Assembly (NCBI GenBank): GCA_016875335.1
Contig: VGRO01000003.1
Coordinates: forward strand, 10,343 to 74,342
Origin: Deltaproteobacteria bacterium
GTDB taxonomy: Bacteria; Myxococcota_A; UBA9042
Direction: 5' to 3'
DNA: 64,000 nucleotides
Made by a program: the position numbers and the translations under genes
Part shown: piece by piece, positions 61,615 through 64,000 of the stretch
Layout of the letters: every line of letters begins with the position of its first letter
How positions within the stretch are numbered: position 1 is the first letter of the stretch
The notes under the pieces: generated by a model
Databases searched by the model: none
The model's input: only the letters and a program-made list of their open reading frames with translations
What the model was told of the DNA's origin: nothing

Positions 61615-62909
61615 TGGAGGCTTGCATGAACGTACGCCCTCTGCGGACCGCACCCCATTGGCTGGCCCGGGCAGCCGTGCTGCTGACTGTGGCCTGTACA
61701 GGCGCAGGCCACGGCACCACCGCGGGCTCCGACGCCCACGGCTCTGCCGATACGGGCCATGGCCACGCCAAGCTGACCTGGGAACAGCTGGCGCTCGGCT
61801 GCACGCCGATGGGTACCGGCGAGGCCGCCCACATCATGTGCAACCACGGCCACAGCCTGAGCCTGCACAACGACGACCTGTGGTCGCGGCGGCTCTACTT
61901 GCTCGCCCACGGCCACAAGGACCCCCACGAACTGGAGCTGATGCACGCGATGAACGGGCTGCCGCCGCCGCTCACGCCCATCCTCAAGGCGCGGCTGGGC
62001 GAGCGCGTGCGGCTGCGGGTCATCTCGTACGGGCCGCTTTTCCACACCTTCCATGTACACGGCCACGTATGGAACGAGGCGGGCAAGCGCAAGGACGTGC
62101 AGACCATGGGTCCGGCCGAGGTGTACGACGCAGCCGAGTTCTACGCGGGCGCGGGCGCCGACGACCCCGCCGAGCGCGCCGGGCCCGGCGACTGGATGTA
62201 CCACTGCCACGTAGAGACCCACGCCGCGACCGGCATGTGGGGGGTGTTCCGGGTCCTGGAGCCCAAGACCACCGACCTGCCGGGCGCCGACGGCCGCTAC
62301 CCGACGGAGGTGCCGCTGCCGCTCGGCGCTTCCGGGGCGACGGTCGACGTGTACGTGGTGGCGGCCGAGGTGCCGCTGTCGGTTGCGCGGGTGTTCAGCC
62401 CGGCCACCAAGAGCCTGGATCTGGTCGAGCGGCTGGCGCGGCTCTACGTGCCGCAATCCGACGAGGCGACCTTTCTGGCCGCCACCACCAGCAGCGTGCG
62501 CAAGCAGTTGGCGGACAAGAAAGAGTCGTGGACGCCGTGGATCCTGGCGCTGCGCCAGGGCGCCAACGTCCGCGTCCACCTGCGCAACCTGATGCCCGGG
62601 GTGCCGGTGTCGCTGCACCCGCATGGCGTCGCCTACGACAACAAAAACGACGGAACGCTGCCGCAGAACGTCGCGGTGCAGGGTGGTCCGCCGGTGCTGT
62701 ACGAGTGGCGCGCCGACACGCCGGGCACTTGGCCGCTGCACGACCACACCAAGATCATCGAGAACCTGGGCCGCGGCCTGTTCGCGGCCATCGTGGTCAA
62801 GTCGCCCGCCGAGGAGCAGCAGCTGCAGCGCGACTACCTCGTGTTCATGCACGACTACGACATGGACTGGGTGATGGGCAGCGACGAGCCGGGGGGATCC
62901 GGGCACTGA
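61614..62909 (+). CDS. two-domain multicopper oxidase (cupredoxin x2) with a His-rich N-terminal region
   Basis: Cu-site motifs FHTFHVHGH and WMYHCHVETHAATGMWGVF in domain 1, LHPHGV and WPLHDHT in domain 2. The N-terminal His-rich stretch is GSDAHGSADTGHGHA and the lipoprotein-like signal is AAVLLTVACTGAG. Confidence 0.8.
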   Translation: MEACMNVRPLRTAPHWLARAAVLLTVACTGAGHGTTAGSDAHGSADTGHGHAKLTWEQLALGCTPMGTGEAAHIMCNHGHSLSLHNDDLWSRRLYLLAHGHKDPHELELMHAMNGLPPPLTPILKARLGERVRLRVISYGPLFHTFHVHGHVWNEAGKRKDVQTMGPAEVYDAAEFYAGAGADDPAERAGPGDWMYHCHVETHAATGMWGVFRVLEPKTTDLPGADGRYPTEVPLPLGASGATVDVYVVAAEVPLSVARVFSPATKSLDLVERLARLYVPQSDEATFLAATTSSVRKQLADKKESWTPWILALRQGANVRVHLRNLMPGVPVSLHPHGVAYDNKNDGTLPQNVAVQGGPPVLYEWRADTPGTWPLHDHTKIIENLGRGLFAAIVVKSPAEEQQLQRDYLVFMHDYDMDWVMGSDEPGGSGH

Positions 62910-63491
62910 ACGGCGCGGGGGTTTCGTGTGGGTCGGGTCGCCGGTTTGCCCCCTGGGAGGCACTTCACCCGACGAGGCCCATCGCCAGCCTGTGGCGACC
63001 CAGGGCCGTCGGGGAGCAGAACGAGCTGGCGCCGCCGCAGGGCCGCGGGCCGCGGCCGCACAAGAGTTGCTGGCGCGGTTGGTCGCGAGCGGTGTCAGCG
63101 AGGACGAGGCGCGTTGGATGCTGGGCTTGGGGTAGGTGGCCGGGCGTGCTGGTGCGGGTCGCCGGCGCGATTTTCTCCGCGACCGCGCTACGCGCGAGAA
63201 GGGTCAAAGGTCAAAGGGCCCGGCGGCCCTGCGCATGTAGTTCCCAGGCGCGGCAGGGCCCACATTTCCACGAAAAACCGTGGCACGCCTGGTTCTCAGG
63301 GTCAGCCGGCGCCGAACTCGCGCCTGTGGCGGCCTTCGACAACGGCGCCGGACAGCGTCAGGGCCTGGCACAGCGTCTGGGCAGGATCAAGGCCGGCGGG
63401 CCCGTCGGTCGACGCAGTATTCCTTCCGACGACTTCCGAACAACCCCTCGCACAATGGCCCCCCCGGCCCAACGGCGCTACCATCGCCCCC

Positions 63492-64000
63492 ATGTCCAAC
63501 CCAACCCTGAGCCCGCTGCACCCCGCGATCGCCGCCTGGTTCGCCGAGCGGCACGGTGCCCCGACCGCCGTGCAGACGGAAACCTGGCCGGCCATCGCCC
63601 GGGGCGACCACGTGCTGGCGACAGCGCCCACCGGCAGCGGCAAGACCCTGGCCGCGACCTTGATGGCCTTGCAGTCCCTGCTGACCGGGCGCTGGCCGGC
63701 GGGCGAGCTGAGTGTGCTCTACGTCTCGCCGCTCAAGGCGCTGTCGGCCGACGTGCATCGCAACTTGTTGGCGCCCTTGGCGGAACTCGGACCGTGGCTG
63801 CGCGACCGCGGCGTGCGCGCCCCTGCCGTGCGGGTGGCCTTGCGCACCGGCGACACCGCCCAGCGCGACCGGGCCGCGACCCTGCGCACGCCGCCGGAGG
63901 TCCTGGTCACCACGCCCGAGAGCCTGCACATCCTTCTGGTGTCGGCGTCGGGTCGGCGCCTGCTCGCGCAGGTGCGGCTGTGCATCCTGGACGAAATCCA
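63492..64000 (+). CDS. Lhr-like ATP-dependent DEAD/DEAH-box helicase, N-terminal fragment; continues beyond the window end
   Basis: MSNPTLSPLHPAIAAWFAERHGAPTAVQTETWPAIARGDHVLATAPTGSGKTLAA...LYVSPLKALSADVHRNL...TPESLHILL...LDEI covers helicase motifs Q, I, Ia and II. It is absent from the ORF track only because no stop lies in the window. Confidence 0.75.
   Translation, partial: MSNPTLSPLHPAIAAWFAERHGAPTAVQTETWPAIARGDHVLATAPTGSGKTLAATLMALQSLLTGRWPAGELSVLYVSPLKALSADVHRNLLAPLAELGPWLRDRGVRAPAVRVALRTGDTAQRDRAATLRTPPEVLVTTPESLHILLVSASGRRLLAQVRLCILDEI

Noticed and set aside
61029-62963. 644-aa minus-strand ORF
   Set aside because: It is antisense to the multicopper oxidase and copper-protein genes. 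Its composition is that of reverse-frame GC DNA.

Overview
This 64-kb window is about 70% GC and looks like a myxobacterial (Myxococcota) chromosome segment. The evidence for that is TIGR02232-style cysteine-rich repeats (CxDGNxCTxDxC), an Arg/Ala/Pro-rich proteome, and several serine/threonine kinase, PP2C and sigma-54 activator genes. The core is a contiguous ribosomal super-operon on the minus strand (str, S10, spc and alpha units), running from rpsL at 23128 down to rplQ at 4284 with every gene tightly packed. Four normally conserved members are missing from it: tuf, rplC (L3), rpmD (L30) and map. Upstream of it are wecB (partial), rluB, an Rrf2 regulator, lnt and a divergent OmpR-type regulator. 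Downstream the content is accessory-like and includes the following.
- An MlaF/MlaD pair with no permease gene.
- A five-gene translationally coupled operon: small ORF, sigma-54 enhancer-binding protein, TPR/HATPase_c kinase, single-domain receiver, methylmalonyl-CoA epimerase-like enzyme.
- A MepA-type murein endopeptidase fused to HEAT repeats, and pgsA.
- A SAM methyltransferase coupled to a DUF692 (MNIO)/DUF2063 fusion, which is the best candidate for a peptide-modification system with no annotated substrate.
- A convergent 1602-aa secreted cysteine-rich repeat/LamG protein.
- A PP2C phosphatase, dapA, a small HEAT protein, secA, a Ser/Thr kinase, a Lys-rich lipoprotein and aspS.
- A coupled M16 zinc-peptidase pair, a tandem AAA+ ATPase, a two-gene copper module (Cys/Met/His-rich membrane protein plus two-domain multicopper oxidase), and the 5' end of an Lhr-like helicase.
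I found no rRNA, tRNA, CRISPR array, IS element or integrase. Most long antisense ORFs in the six-frame track are artefacts of the GC bias.
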